Of a stretch of DNA of 64,000 bases, positions 1-11,515 are shown in pieces (position 1 is the stretch's first letter; every line of letters begins with the position of its first letter). The stretch is taken from IMG/VR virus record IMGVR_UViG_3300021180_000005, positions 39,650 to 103,649 of that record; one strand, written 5' to 3'. The position numbers and the translations under genes were made by a program. This DNA comes from a virus. A model generated the notes under the pieces. That model saw nothing but the letters and a program-made list of their open reading frames with translations, had not been told where the DNA came from and did not search any database.

Positions 1-3000
1 CATACTGTTTGTCTTCAGTAGGTACAGAAGATCACGCATTACGAATGCCCCCATACACGGCTGTGCGTTCTCACTGGTAGTATCTATGATTCCTCCTGAT
101 GAGGACGCATCGATAGACTCTGGTTTTCCAATGTACGATCCATATACCTGTGATTTTAGGTATGGAGTAGATGTGTCAAATACCTCTATGCGATCAATTT
201 CACAATCGCTACCAGACCCTAAATCTACTACCTGCACTGACAGTGTAAGAGTAGATGGCACCCCTCCGCTACTGGCAAAAGGAACTGTCAGTAGTTTACC
301 AGTGAATACCTGAATGTTGGTGCTCATACTGGAAAGGGGAACAGTAAACGATCCCCAAACTGGAAAGAACTGGCTATCGGGTGTACTGTTATTCTGGTTG
401 TAATTGCTTAGTGTAATAGTAAGCGTCCCTACGGTCCCTCCTGAGGGCGCTCGCGCAGCCACTCGTACAGAGTACTGCGTGTTTATATCTATGATTGGTA
501 CTTTGTTAGTGTCTTTGTAAGCTGTTTGGAATATCAACCCAGCATTGTGAATGGTAGACCCTGTAGTGTTGTTTATATACAGAGACTGACCCGTCACTGC
601 GCTTGTTATTAGCGTAGCATCTGTGATGCCCTGTGCAGCTTGCCATCCAAGAGGTATTACATTACCACCTGTAGCGCTGGGTAAAAATCCCCCATCAAAC
701 GTCAGACCTCCACCAGATGTCCAATTATTTATCTTGTTCAACTGCAAACCGTAGAACATACGCCCTGCGTATGCCACGTCCCATGCTGAGCTTCCTAGCT
801 CAATTAAATTGAACAGGTTATCTCCCTGTACATCTATTTCTCTTGAGTTGAGGAGCACGGCATCCGAGAACGTAAGCGTAGCAGTTGTACTTAGATTGTC
901 ATTGATCACTGTGGACTTGTACGTAACAGGAGAACCATTCTGTACTTGCACCACTACGTCTTGTTCGATTACGTAGAAATTGGCTCCCGGTACTCCATTT
1001 TGTCCTGCCTCTGTTAGGGCAATTCCTCTTGCTACTACATTTGGTGGTCCGATGGGTAAATTAGTTACCTGTATAGACGTTGCGTTCTCTGGTACCGTAA
1101 ACACAACTGGGTATGAAGGCGTTGTTTCATAACCAGTCTTGGTTATGAAAAATACTACACCTTGCCTAGTTCCTGCCCCAATTGCTGGTGCGTTAGGGTT
1201 AGAGGTAAAGAATAACCCAGTGGTTGCTGAAGACGGTCCCGCATTTCCATATATTGGGTTTGTACCAGTGCCCAAAGTCAGAGTACCGGGGTCTATAGTA
1301 AAGTTTTTACCAAACGTTACACCTTGCCCGTTTTCTGACGCTAAAGGTATAGGTAGTCCAGAAGTGAACCCTGTAATGTCAAATGAACCCGCCCCTAATG
1401 AACCGGGTACGATGATGTTGGCGATTAGATTAAATGGGGATAGAGTGTAGCCTGCTCCGCTATTCGTGCAACCTGTGACCGATATTGTTTGTCCATTTAC
1501 AGGGGCTACTCCACCTGAAGGTACAGAGTACGTGTAGGTGGCTACTCCTGAGTTAGACATTTGCGTGCTAGTGATTGTAACTGTAGCACTAGATAAAGCT
1601 TCTACAATGGTCCATGTACTGTTCCAGTTTGTAGGAGTCTCCCCAGTTATCCGCACAGATGTTCCTGCGGCTAACCCCGGTACAGAGTTTGTCATAGTAA
1701 CTGTAGCTATGGTTTGCTGGTATGTACCCGAAGTTCCGTTTGGATAGGAAAGTCCAGTAACTCCCACGTTAACTACGAAGTAAAATCTTGCTGCCCCTGC
1801 AGTTCCAGACGGCTTTGCACTTCCTACAGAGGTGACTAAATACGTCTGATTAGAGAACTGTGGAAAATTTGCTATAGTTCCTAGATAAACGTATGTAGCT
1901 AACTGATGTGCGTTGAAATACGTAGTCAACGCAGTGTCTTCTGTCTGGGAATAGTAAATTACAAAGTTTGAACCAGATGTATGTGTAGGTCCGGGTCCTG
2001 CACCCCAGAATGCTCCTGCTCCATCTCCTGAACCAGTAAAAGTATGCTGAGCTGGTTGGGTTATGGAGGATATAGGATAATTAAACTGCAACGTGCCCGT
2101 AGCCGCTGGGGATATAGCTGTTGTGCCTATATTCGCCTCAGGACTTGGTAGGTCCATTTCAAAAGTTGTAGGTGTAAGACCTGTACTAAGGACAGTACCT
2201 GAAAAATTTAAGAATGTAGGTGTTGCACCTGTTATGCTGTATACCTGATCTTGAGCTACTACTGGTCCTACGTTGTACGTGAACGTGACCACATTGTTGG
2301 TTATAGAGTAAGAAGTAATGGTAAGAGTGTTACTACTGCCTGACCCTGATGCTGCTGTAAAAGCGGGAGGTGCTCCGGGTCCTATTTGCGATAAAGGGCC
2401 AAACGTTACCCCGTCGTACACGCGTGGTCTCTCGGTGCCGATAGAAAGATCAGAGAACACGATGTGCTCTTTGTTATTCATCGTTACGCTTTTTGCAAAG
2501 GAACCCGGAAGAATACCAGTCAAAGCGATATACAAAACTCCGGGGTTGCTGGTAACGTTTTCCTCCCACAGTATTCCACTGGCGTCTAATGCCAAGGTGT
2601 AAGTCTGACCGTTGTTTTGAATGTACGATTTTACGTAGTTGAAATTTACCTTTGCTGGTGAAAGATACGCCAACACATCTAGGTCATTAACAAACACTGT
2701 ACCTAGACCACTTGCAGTTACCTGTACTCCGAACTGTGCGTTGTTAACGTCAGAGAATAACCACGTAGAATTCCACAAATCTATTGCACTGCCTAGGCTA
2801 TAGATGGTAGGTACTGTGGTTAACGCCTGTGTCTTTGGTGATCCTACAGGTAACCCGTTCTTCATCAACTGAAGGATTATTGAAGACGACCCGGTAGTGT
2901 ATGCTTGAAAAGTAGAAGTAAACCCTGTTATACCTGAGGTTGCTGGAATAGAAAAGTTATAAAAAGTTGTCTGCAGGGCCTGTGTGCCTGAGGCTAAGGT

Positions 3001-4033
3001 GTAATACACCGTAACCTTGATGTTGTTTGCTGAAATTGTTGCTGACCCACTGGAAACTGTTCCTGCAATTACAAACCCAAGATGTGAGTTGTTAATGTTC
3101 CCTGCAGGGGTTAACGTAGTGCCCCATTGGTACGAAGATGACCCTGCCGTGTATGTAGCTTTTGTGGTTCCTACTGGAATGTTGACTGTGCTGATGGGAT
3201 TAAAAGACACCGCATCATTTATCAAACTAATCTGCAGTGATCCCACTCCAAACACTGAACAAAACGAATCCACTGTCACCTTTATACCGTTAACAGTGGC
3301 GTCTGCTGGTATAGATGCTGTGGCAAAGTGATCTATAACCAGATGACCTGAGCTTTGCGCAGTTAGGTTAACCGTAGTGTACGATGTGCCAGTGGCTACA
3401 ATATTAGTAGGAGTATTCCATTGCTGTGGTCCGGGGGCATCTCCTTCGTTAGCGGTTCTGCTAGGAGTTGGCGATACGCTGTTAGGTGATCCAGATATTG
3501 CTGAGGCAAATCCCGTAATTCCAAGAATGTTGTTTGGACTTTGCCATGCATTGCCTGTACCAGTAACCGTAGCTACAGTAGGGGCATTTGGTCCAGAAAA
3601 TTCTCCTGTAGTAGACGCGGCAATTCCGACAAGAGGTGCGTACGTACCCGGAGCTAATGTTACGCCTGCAACGGTAAATGTCTTGCCTATGGCGTTTACT
3701 GATACTACCGTCACCGTTTGTCCGTTTAGAATTGATGTCTGTCCTGTGAACCCACTGAGGACAAATTGTTCATTAACCGTTGGGTCAGTACCGATGTAGC
3801 TGAAAGTTGCCAACCCTGCACTGCCTACTACAATCTGAGTTATAGTTAAGGTCTTGGTGAAGACATACACCGAGGACAAACCTGCGCGGGTAAAACAACT
3901 TCCGGTTATGTAATCCACGTCCCAATTTCGTGGGCTTGCTCCCTCTGGTAAGTCTGATGGATTGGCTGCCGTAATAAGCCCTGCGAACGTGTCAAGAGAC
4001 GCTGTTCCGAGCTGGTCAAAGATTGTGGCCCAC
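1..4033 (-). CDS. Large virion structural protein (tail/head-completion, possibly P22 gp10-like), 3'-partial; start appears to need a +1 frameshift
   Basis: Minus frame (FDQLGTASLDTFAGLITAANPSDLPEGASPRNWDVDY...PCMGAFVMRDLLYLLKTNSM) is open at both ends checked and runs off the window; Thr/Gly/Ser/Val-rich. SD GGAGG + GTG at 4033 is out of frame by +1 at CTT-TGA-C (4021-4015). Absent from the ORF track because it has no stop in the window. Confidence 0.65.
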
Positions 4034-4095
4034 TGGGTTTTCCTCCGTTATAAATATAGGCCGATTTTCACGGCCATTCCTGTTAAACAGGTGAA

Positions 4096-4344
4096 TTATG
4101 CCTGATTGGTATTTCCAACCTTCCAGCACTGTACTGGGCTTACAACTAGTGTGACGTTCTTCTGTTCTCCAACATTACCGGGTGTTTCCACGGTCAATGA
4201 TACAAGATCAGCAGGGCCACCATTTCCGCCTGCGCTTATTGGTGTAATGCTAGACACAAGGCATCGGACCATTACGTAGTCTCCTACGACAAACGGCGAT
4301 CCTTTGATGTCTCTTTCTTCAAGTGTTCCTTTAGTTGACGACAT
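4096..4344 (-). CDS. Small hypothetical virion-module protein (weakly similar to 24966..25163)
   Basis: ORF in late operon with SD GAGG; RDxxGxPxxxGD motif shared with the 24966 ORF. Confidence 0.6.
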   Translation of the reverse strand: MSSTKGTLEERDIKGSPFVVGDYVMVRCLVSSITPISAGGNGGPADLVSLTVETPGNVGEQKNVTLVVSPVQCWKVGNTNQA

Positions 4345-4347
4345 GTA

Positions 4348-5412
4348 TTATCCTCGCACCGATGTTCTATCTACCCAAACTTCAAACAACAATACATCAG
4401 CCAACACTGCTAAAGGTATGGTTTGATTAGCAATGAGTTCTACAGACACTCCTGTAGCATTGCTAAAAATTTGAAGTGTATCAGTAACTGGGCTGTAATG
4501 ATAAGTATATGCTGAGCTAGCTCCGATAAGAATGTTGGTAGGTTCTTCTCCCCACACATCGCATTTAAGGAAGCCGTTTACATCCACAGTTCTAGCATCC
4601 AAGAATGGAAATAACCCCATTGGAATTCCTCCAGTGGTGTAACCTCCGGGGGTGATAGTTACTAAACCCCATGCTCTTATCACTTTTCCAGTTATGTCTG
4701 GGAAGCAAAGCTCTGTTAGGCCTGCCAAACCAATAGTAGAAGACACAGAAGATGTACCAATAGGAGGTACAATAGCTCCCGCAGAAGGAGCAACAATAGC
4801 GTTGCTTAAAAGTGTAACTGCGCCATTACGTGCAAGGGCTCTGCCATTGAGAGCTGCTCCCGTTCCAAGAGATATAGAAGATAAAGCTACTATGTCTCCC
4901 ACAACAACAGCGCTGGTTCCTATGGTTGCAGAACTGGTCACTTGCCATAGAACGTTTTTAGCTTGCGCTCCGTTAGTTAGTAAAACAGTTGATCCTACTC
5001 CAAAAGTCAAAGAGGATGCTGCTTGGAAGATGAACTGAGCGTTTGGATTTCCTTGTCCATTCAGGGTGACCGTTTGTCCTACATTAAGCAAAATTGCTCC
5101 ACCGCTGTAAAGTCCAGCTGTGAAGGTTTGCCCGTCTAGTGCCCCTACAATAGGAGTAGCAGGAGTCAAACCAGCAAAGTACAGATACGCAGTAGTAAGG
5201 TCTGTTTGTGCCTGTGCGGCCACCGCGTCAGTGATGTGTTGCGTTGCCGGGGGAACTACTATTCCGGGAGGAAATCCAGTTACAGAAGTTCCGGGGGACA
5301 AGCCTAGGTTAGCCCCGCTGATTACAGTAGCACCAGAGTTTGTAACTGTGCTACCTGCAAGTACGGCGAAGTTATCTGCTGATCCCAATAATTGATCAAT
5401 TGTTAAAGCCAT
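4348..5412 (-). CDS. DUF3494 ice-binding-like protein fused to a C-terminal phage domain
   Basis: LGSADNFAVLAGSTVTNSG, LGLSPGTSVTGFPPG, AAQAQTDLTTAY, FIFQ, AKNVLWQVTSSATIG, GRALARNGAVTL are typical DUF3494 motifs; the C-terminal ~130 aa is paralogous to 5438..5815. Confidence 0.9.
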   Translation of the reverse strand: MALTIDQLLGSADNFAVLAGSTVTNSGATVISGANLGLSPGTSVTGFPPGIVVPPATQHITDAVAAQAQTDLTTAYLYFAGLTPATPIVGALDGQTFTAGLYSGGAILLNVGQTVTLNGQGNPNAQFIFQAASSLTFGVGSTVLLTNGAQAKNVLWQVTSSATIGTSAVVVGDIVALSSISLGTGAALNGRALARNGAVTLLSNAIVAPSAGAIVPPIGTSSVSSTIGLAGLTELCFPDITGKVIRAWGLVTITPGGYTTGGIPMGLFPFLDARTVDVNGFLKCDVWGEEPTNILIGASSAYTYHYSPVTDTLQIFSNATGVSVELIANQTIPLAVLADVLLFEVWVDRTSVRG

Positions 5413-5437
5413 ATTTTTTCTCTTTTCTATTTTGGGA

Positions 5438-5815
5438 TTAGCCTAACACTGTGGTGCGGTTCCAAGTAGCAAAAAACAAATTTGTATCATTCAAAACTTG
5501 TGGTGGAATTGCTGCACCATTTGCCAACTCTACTCCGTTTAAAAGAATCTGTAGCACATCACCCACTGGACTGTAGTGGAATGTGTACCCACCAACTGAT
5601 GCTGTTACAACATCTTCTCCGTATACTTCGCAGCGAAGAAACCCATTGAAGTCTACAGTGCGTGCGTCAGCAAACTGCAGAAGTCCCATAACAAGACCTC
5701 CAGTAACATAAGTACCTGCTGAGAAGTTAACTTGTCCCCACGCTTGGATGGTTTTTCCGGTAATGTCTGGAAATGTTAACTCTGAAAGGGTGATTGTTGA
5801 AATTAATGAACTCAT
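5438..5815 (-). CDS. Putative virion decoration-type protein, paralog of the IBP C-terminal domain
   Basis: LSELTFPDITGKTIQAWG...DARTVDFNGFLRCEVYGE...FHYSPVGDVLQI aligns with LTELCFPDITGKVIRAWG...DARTVDVNGFLKCDVWGE...YHYSPVTDTLQI. Confidence 0.7.
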   Translation of the reverse strand: MSSLISTITLSELTFPDITGKTIQAWGQVNFSAGTYVTGGLVMGLLQFADARTVDFNGFLRCEVYGEDVVTASVGGYTFHYSPVGDVLQILLNGVELANGAAIPPQVLNDTNLFFATWNRTTVLG

Positions 5816-5873
5816 TTTAGTTATCTTTCCCCGCCTTACCGATTTTTGTCGGGTTTATCGGATACGTCGTCGT

Positions 5874-6098
5874 TTAAAATTGCCTATGTTTTGGCAAAAC
5901 TTGATTTGTTAAGGGTTTCCTAATTTGCAAAGCATTGAATTTTCTTCTAACTATAAATTCATACACTTGTGGCTCTTTAGGTTTCTCTTGTTTAGCTCTT
6001 AATCTGCTCATTTCTGATCTGTGCTCTATTTCGGAGAGGTGGGCTTCTTCTTTAGCTGCAGCATTTGCTGCTTTCATTTGTTCTTCAGCGTCGCTCAC
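5874..6098 (-). CDS. Hypothetical protein
   Basis: GTGA overlap with the upstream gene; coiled-coil-like. Confidence 0.55.
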   Translation of the reverse strand: MSDAEEQMKAANAAAKEEAHLSEIEHRSEMSRLRAKQEKPKEPQVYEFIVRRKFNALQIRKPLTNQVLPKHRQF

Positions 6099-6787
6099 TG
6101 GGTCTTTTCCTTAAATACTCTCTTCATCTCTGCAATGTTTTGTTCATCTGGAAGATTTCTGTATCCACACCACGGTATGTACATTACCCACGCAAAAGGA
6201 CTATCCACGGGGTTTATCCATGGCTTGTCACGTTTAGGTGCTCGCAGACTTCTGACTTTAGGTGCAAAATCTTCCTGCTTACCTGTGTGGATTATGTATC
6301 TAGAATCATGGTGTAGAGCTATGCCTTCTTTGGACAAAATGCTGGTTACCCATACTTCATCGTTGTTGTCTCTAGGTAGCTCGGCCTTAGCTACAATACT
6401 CATAGAACGTTTTGAAAGCCAGTAGCAAAACCCGTACGGTACGGGGTATGTCCTAATGTCATTTCTGTGACCTACAAAGTCATAACTTTGAAAGTTAGAG
6501 GACAACAACTTATGAGGAATAGTTACCACATCGTCATCTATCTTAAGGATATAATCGTATTCCTTCCCCAACGCCCACCTTGTAATACCGCGTACTTTAC
6601 TTGGTAATCCTGCGTAGGAATCGTCACAATTTACGAATACCTCATCGGAGTTTGGTTCACGCTCTGCTGGTCCAAGGAAAAACCTAACGTCTGCTCCTTG
6701 CACAAGAGGCAACCATGTATCACGTATACACTGCTGATACAATAAACGCGTATGACAGTTAACAACGGCAAGTAACACTTTCATCAC
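6095..6787 (-). CDS. Glycosyltransferase (GT31/galactosyltransferase-like, GT-A fold)
   Basis: IRDTW, DDSYAGLPSKV, YDYILKIDDD (DxD) motifs. Confidence 0.75.
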   Translation of the reverse strand: MMKVLLAVVNCHTRLLYQQCIRDTWLPLVQGADVRFFLGPAEREPNSDEVFVNCDDSYAGLPSKVRGITRWALGKEYDYILKIDDDVVTIPHKLLSSNFQSYDFVGHRNDIRTYPVPYGFCYWLSKRSMSIVAKAELPRDNNDEVWVTSILSKEGIALHHDSRYIIHTGKQEDFAPKVRSLRAPKRDKPWINPVDSPFAWVMYIPWCGYRNLPDEQNIAEMKRVFKEKTQ

Positions 6788-7554
6788 GCTCTCCTGAGTC
6801 TTTGTGGTGCTCTTATCCCTCTTGCTACAGGTTGTGAAGCTATTTGTACTGTTACAGAATCCAAAGCCACATTAGAGGCAATTTGTGCCACTGTTTTTGT
6901 TCCCCATTTATTCTGAAACTTCTCTGCACCTGTACGGCAATCCACTCCCGGTCCTGTGCGTGCAAAGGTGCTTCCTGCATGTCTGTGCTCTACAGATACC
7001 TTAGAAGTAATAGCTAAGGTATAGCCTGCTAGTTGTACCCTGTGGCTATAATCGTCATCGTCATAGCCATAACTTCCACCAAACACTGGGTCCATCCATC
7101 CCACCGCGTCTATGGTTTCCCTTTTTATGTACGTGCAGATAAGGGCTAGTCTTTGATGAGAATAGGTTATACCCTCTACCATTGGGTACATTTGCAAATT
7201 ATTACCCGCTGATCCAAGTATACGAGGGGAAAGCATTCCAATCTTAGGGTCTGAGTATGCCACTTCTTGTAGCAGCTCCCACGTGTTGCTCTGTAGGAAA
7301 CGTACGTCATCTCCGCAGTATAAAATATCACTGTCCGGTGCAGCTGCTTGCCACGCCTTATTTGCATTTCCGGGATTACTAAAAATTGGAGGACCTTGTA
7401 AACATGTCCACTTGTCCCCAGTTGGCATGGTAATCTCATTGCCATCTCGTACGAATACTTTTGGAATATCTGGCAAGAACTTATCAGCGCTCTCCACAAA
7501 TACGTTAAAGATATCTGGGAATTTTCCAAGTACTGCAATTGTTACTGGGCGCAT
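6784..7554 (-). CDS. GT2-family glycosyltransferase
   Basis: ILYCGDDV, VGWMDPVF..YGYDDDDYSHR motifs. Confidence 0.75.
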   Translation of the reverse strand: MRPVTIAVLGKFPDIFNVFVESADKFLPDIPKVFVRDGNEITMPTGDKWTCLQGPPIFSNPGNANKAWQAAAPDSDILYCGDDVRFLQSNTWELLQEVAYSDPKIGMLSPRILGSAGNNLQMYPMVEGITYSHQRLALICTYIKRETIDAVGWMDPVFGGSYGYDDDDYSHRVQLAGYTLAITSKVSVEHRHAGSTFARTGPGVDCRTGAEKFQNKWGTKTVAQIASNVALDSVTVQIASQPVARGIRAPQRLRRA

Positions 7555-8705
7555 AGTCCCTCCGCAACAACCTGAGCGATGAAGTGCATATCTGCTGGAG
7601 TAAGTCCTTGGTGAATTCCAATAAAAGCTCCTTGTTTCTCCAAACGACTAGCCACTGGGTACTGCTCTGCCATACCGGGGAACAGTTTTCTATAAACAGG
7701 CTGACTTAACAGAGGAAACATAAAGCGAGTCTCAATTCCCCTTTGCTCCATATATAGAAGCAAAGCATCTCTGTCCACTCCATCTTTACATACGAACGGC
7801 CACATCATAAAGCTGTGTTCATACCCATCAGGTATACTAGGTAGTTGTAGTTTATCCTCAAAGGGCTTCAATAAGACAGTTAAACGCGTGGCGTTTTCTC
7901 TACGCCGGGCTATGTTAGGTTCCCAACGTTCCAATTCAGACAGAGCAATTGCGGCTTCTATCTCCGTACAGCGATATGAGTATCCTACTCGGTCAAACTT
8001 ATACCTACGCTCTATCATGTCCTTTGTAATGCTGTCATCGTCGTCTATGCTGGTGTAGATGCTGTCTCTTCCGTGTGCCATAAGGCTTCTGCACATTTCA
8101 TCGTACTTTGAAGAATTGGTTGTTACCAGCCCTCCTACTCCACCTACAATAAGGTGAGCTACATAGGTAGAAAAGCAGGCCATGTCACCAAAGCTTCCTA
8201 CGGATTTGCCGTTTATAGAAGAGAACATAGTCTCACATGAGTCTTCTATTACGTCTAATCCATAGTAATTTGCAATGGACATAATCCTAGGCATGTTAGC
8301 TGGTAGGCCAAACAAATGCACAGGTATAATAGCTACGGTTTTACTAGTCACTTTCTCCGCAATCTTATCTGGGTCCATGTTGAACGTAAGAGGATCAACG
8401 TCCACAAAAACCGGAGTAAGATTATTCTGCAGCACCACATTAGACGTAGCAATAAAAGTGATCGCCGGAACAAGTACTTCGTCTCCGTCTTCATAACAAT
8501 GGCGTTCCTTTAGTGCCGCCAATGCAATCTGCAGGGCAGAAGTACCGCTATTGCAGAATACTCCGTGTTTACAGCCGTGCATCTTAGCAAAGTCATGTTC
8601 AAATTTAATTGTGTATTTACCTTTAGAAAGTCTATTTGAATCTAGACAGTCGTTAACATACTTTTTGCCTTGGTCGCTTATTAACAGGTAACCTAGTGTT
8701 ATCAT
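7542..8705 (-). CDS. DegT/DnrJ-family PLP enzyme, His-variant (ColD-like GDP-4-keto-6-deoxymannose 3-dehydratase)
   Basis: NSGTSAL, PVFVDVD, PVHLFG, VIEDSCE; FSTYVAHLIVGGVGG has His where aminotransferases have the PLP lysine. Confidence 0.8.
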   Translation of the reverse strand: MITLGYLLISDQGKKYVNDCLDSNRLSKGKYTIKFEHDFAKMHGCKHGVFCNSGTSALQIALAALKERHCYEDGDEVLVPAITFIATSNVVLQNNLTPVFVDVDPLTFNMDPDKIAEKVTSKTVAIIPVHLFGLPANMPRIMSIANYYGLDVIEDSCETMFSSINGKSVGSFGDMACFSTYVAHLIVGGVGGLVTTNSSKYDEMCRSLMAHGRDSIYTSIDDDDSITKDMIERRYKFDRVGYSYRCTEIEAAIALSELERWEPNIARRRENATRLTVLLKPFEDKLQLPSIPDGYEHSFMMWPFVCKDGVDRDALLLYMEQRGIETRFMFPLLSQPVYRKLFPGMAEQYPVASRLEKQGAFIGIHQGLTPADMHFIAQVVAEGLCAQ

Positions 8706-9478
8706 CTGAGTCTCTTCCTTATCTCTTCATCAATTCTTTTATGAAGGTTTGTGTACTTCATAGCTTCGTGAAGATTGTCATCAATAGACTTGAGCTTAGA
8801 CTCATAAAAACTTGAGGAAAGACCTCCTAAAATATCCATGAATTCCTGTTGTGTTTCAAATGACAATATACTGTCTGTATTAAAATACTCATTGACATTG
8901 GGACAACCCCAGTAAATCGGTACAGTGCGAGATACCAAGCAATCTATCAACTTTTCTGTGATCCAATTCTTACGTTTTCCGTTTTCCATGACTATAGCGT
9001 ACTGGAACGGGTATAAAAATTCCTTCTTGTCTTCCACATATGGAGGAGACATGTGCTTAATGATGGGTATTTGCCCCGCTTGTGCTGGTAGAGTGTTATA
9101 TATGTCGTGCCTAAAGTAATGACCCTTGCACATAGTCTTGGAGCTGGTTAAATAAGACACAGAGAACTGCTTTTTGGACACATCACAGTCATCTGTCGGG
9201 TCTTCAGCCCAGCGGCATGTGCCAAAGATAAACTTATGTGAATTATTAGGGCATCCTTCTAAGGTTCTTACATTCCACGCTAATATAAGATCATAAAATG
9301 TATGACTGTCAAGTAACGTTTGTTCTGTTGGTACGATGTCGGGAGGTTCCAACTGAAAGAACACCTTATACTCTGTGGTGTCGGAAAAGTCAAATGTATC
9401 TGTGGCTATAGACACAGGTCTAATTTGATCTGCAAAATGATTGTGTAGCGTCCCACCTATGGTTTTTGTTTTGAACAT
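8702..9478 (-). CDS. GT10-family (alpha-1,3-fucosyltransferase-like) glycosyltransferase
   Basis: KKEFLYPFQYAIVMEN..NWITEKLIDC...VPIYWG fucosyltransferase motif; start reassigned to ATG 9478. Confidence 0.8.
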   Translation of the reverse strand: MFKTKTIGGTLHNHFADQIRPVSIATDTFDFSDTTEYKVFFQLEPPDIVPTEQTLLDSHTFYDLILAWNVRTLEGCPNNSHKFIFGTCRWAEDPTDDCDVSKKQFSVSYLTSSKTMCKGHYFRHDIYNTLPAQAGQIPIIKHMSPPYVEDKKEFLYPFQYAIVMENGKRKNWITEKLIDCLVSRTVPIYWGCPNVNEYFNTDSILSFETQQEFMDILGGLSSSFYESKLKSIDDNLHEAMKYTNLHKRIDEEIRKRLR

Positions 9479-10398
9479 TGAGTCGTATACCAATCTATGG
9501 TACTCTGAAGTCCTTTCCATAAGGGTGTTCTGGCTCTGAATCCGAAAGTTGTGGCGCGGGTGCAATCGAACAATCTGCGAGATTGCCCTTCTGGTTTACT
9601 GCTGTCCCATTTTGTCAACCCTTGGTGCCCTAGTAGAGAGGTTATCAAACTAACAACGCTCTCTATAGATACTTCATCACCTGTAGCAATGTTGACTGGT
9701 TCTTCATCGTCATATAATTCTGTAGCAAGTACTATAGCCTCTGCGCAGTCCTCAACATACAGGAACTCACGGCTAGCTTTACCTGTTCCCCAAGCTGTGA
9801 AGTCAGTACCGTTTTGCATGGCTTCCATACATTTGCGTATGAGTGATGGAATCACATGGGAACGTGCTGGGTCAAAACTATCTCGTGGCCCGTACATGTT
9901 CACAGGTACAAGTCCGATAGCATTCATGCCGTACTGCTTGCGATACGCTTTGCATTGCTCCAAAAGGACACGCTTGGCGATGCCATAGGGGGCATTGGTC
10001 TCTTCTGGGTAACCATTCCATAGGTACTCTTCTTTAGCTGGTAAACTAACGTTCAACGGGTAGGCACACACACTGCTAATTGCTACGAACTTCTCTACGT
10101 TATGTTCTCTGGCACCTTCTAGAACTTCTGTATTCATTGTCAGGTTATCATATAGGAACTTTGCAGGGTTTGCAGAGCAGGACTGTATACCGCCGCACAT
10201 AGCGGCTGCGTGAATTACAACATCTGGGGTATACGCACTATACAGCTCACACACTTCTTCACGTCGTCTCAGGTCATAGTCTATGTGTCTAGCAGATACT
10301 ACATCTTTGCATCCGTGCTCGTGTAGTTTGTCTACAACGTGGCTGCCGAGGAAACCTTCTCCTCCAGTTACCAGTACACGTTTGGTTGTGAGATTCAT
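9457..10398 (-). CDS. fcl: GDP-L-fucose synthase / ColC-like epimerase-reductase
   Basis: [58 protein letters not shown]. Confidence 0.92.
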   Translation of the reverse strand: MNLTTKRVLVTGGEGFLGSHVVDKLHEHGCKDVVSARHIDYDLRRREEVCELYSAYTPDVVIHAAAMCGGIQSCSANPAKFLYDNLTMNTEVLEGAREHNVEKFVAISSVCAYPLNVSLPAKEEYLWNGYPEETNAPYGIAKRVLLEQCKAYRKQYGMNAIGLVPVNMYGPRDSFDPARSHVIPSLIRKCMEAMQNGTDFTAWGTGKASREFLYVEDCAEAIVLATELYDDEEPVNIATGDEVSIESVVSLITSLLGHQGLTKWDSSKPEGQSRRLFDCTRATTFGFRARTPLWKGLQSTIDWYTTQCSKQKP

Positions 10399-11354
10399 TG
10401 TCTGAGTTCCTTTAGATCAGCCTCTACCATCATTATGAGAAGTTCATTCCATTTTACCTTAGGTTCCCATCCAAGTTCTCTTTTAGCCTTAGAGGCATCG
10501 CCTTGTAAAATATCAACTTCTGTTGGCCTAAAATACTTTTGGTCGATTCCCACATAGTCATGCCAATTCATGTCTAAATGACTAAAAACTACTTCAAGCA
10601 TCTCTTTAATTGAGTGGGTCTCTCCAGTGGCTAAAACATAATCAGATGGAGTGCCCTTCTGAAGCATACGCCACATACCTTCTACATACTCAGCCGCATA
10701 GCCTATATCTCTCTTTGCCTCTAAATTTCCAAGAAGCAATTTGTCTTGAAGTCCTAACTTTATACGAGCGGCTGCAAGAGTTAATTTGTGCGTTACAAAG
10801 GTTTCTCCCCGGCGAGGACTTTCATGGTTGAATAGTATACCGTTGCTGGCATGCAATCCTTGCTCTCTTGCATTCACTGTATACCAAAATGCGAACTGCT
10901 TGGCAATGCCGTACGGGCTACGAGGGTAAAAAGGTGTGGTCTCTCGTTGTGGCGTCTCCAGAACCTTGCCGAATAATTCTGAAGAACTAGCTTGGTAGTA
11001 CCTTGTCTCTGGGCAATGTGTTTTTACAGCCTCCAGAAGTCTAAGTGTTCCCATAGCGTCTACATCAGCTGTGTATTCAGGGCAGTCAAAACTCACACGT
11101 ACGTGGGACTGAGCGCCCAAGTTGTAGGTCTCATCGGGTTTTATTTTAGACAGCATAGACCCAAGCGCACTGCCATCGCTGAGGTCTCCGAAGTGCAGAT
11201 GCAATTGGTCAAAAATATGATCTATACGTGCCGTGTTCAAGGAAGATGAACGCCTCACAATGCCATGCACTTCGTATCCCTTGCTTAGCAATAGCTCCGA
11301 CAAGTAGGACCCATCTTGCCCTGTCACCCCGGTAATTAGCGCCTTTTTAGGCAT
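10395..11354 (-). CDS. gmd: GDP-mannose 4,6-dehydratase
   Basis: [54 protein letters not shown]. Confidence 0.97.
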   Translation of the reverse strand: MPKKALITGVTGQDGSYLSELLLSKGYEVHGIVRRSSSLNTARIDHIFDQLHLHFGDLSDGSALGSMLSKIKPDETYNLGAQSHVRVSFDCPEYTADVDAMGTLRLLEAVKTHCPETRYYQASSSELFGKVLETPQRETTPFYPRSPYGIAKQFAFWYTVNAREQGLHASNGILFNHESPRRGETFVTHKLTLAAARIKLGLQDKLLLGNLEAKRDIGYAAEYVEGMWRMLQKGTPSDYVLATGETHSIKEMLEVVFSHLDMNWHDYVGIDQKYFRPTEVDILQGDASKAKRELGWEPKVKWNELLIMMVEADLKELRQ

Positions 11355-11515
11355 CCTTCTTCCTCCTGAGTCTTACATAGTTTATGCATAAGGAAGTACT
11401 CTTTATCTCTAATCTCTATATGTGCATCTACTGTTTCTACTCTGTTGGAACACAACACACACCGTCTGCTGTACAGTTTGAAGTACATCTCTAATGCTAA
11501 TTTTTTCCATTTCAT
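11336..11515 (-). CDS. Small Cys/His (CxxC...HxxC) hypothetical protein
   Basis: ATGA overlap with upstream gene; CVLC...HKLC. Confidence 0.5.
   Translation of the reverse strand: MKWKKLALEMYFKLYSRRCVLCSNRVETVDAHIEIRDKEYFLMHKLCKTQEEEGCLKRR

Noticed and set aside
86-3799. Plus-strand ORFs listed in the track at 86-3799
   Set aside because: Antisense shadows of the long minus-strand virion gene; no SDs or domains. The same applies to most opposite-strand ORFs elsewhere.
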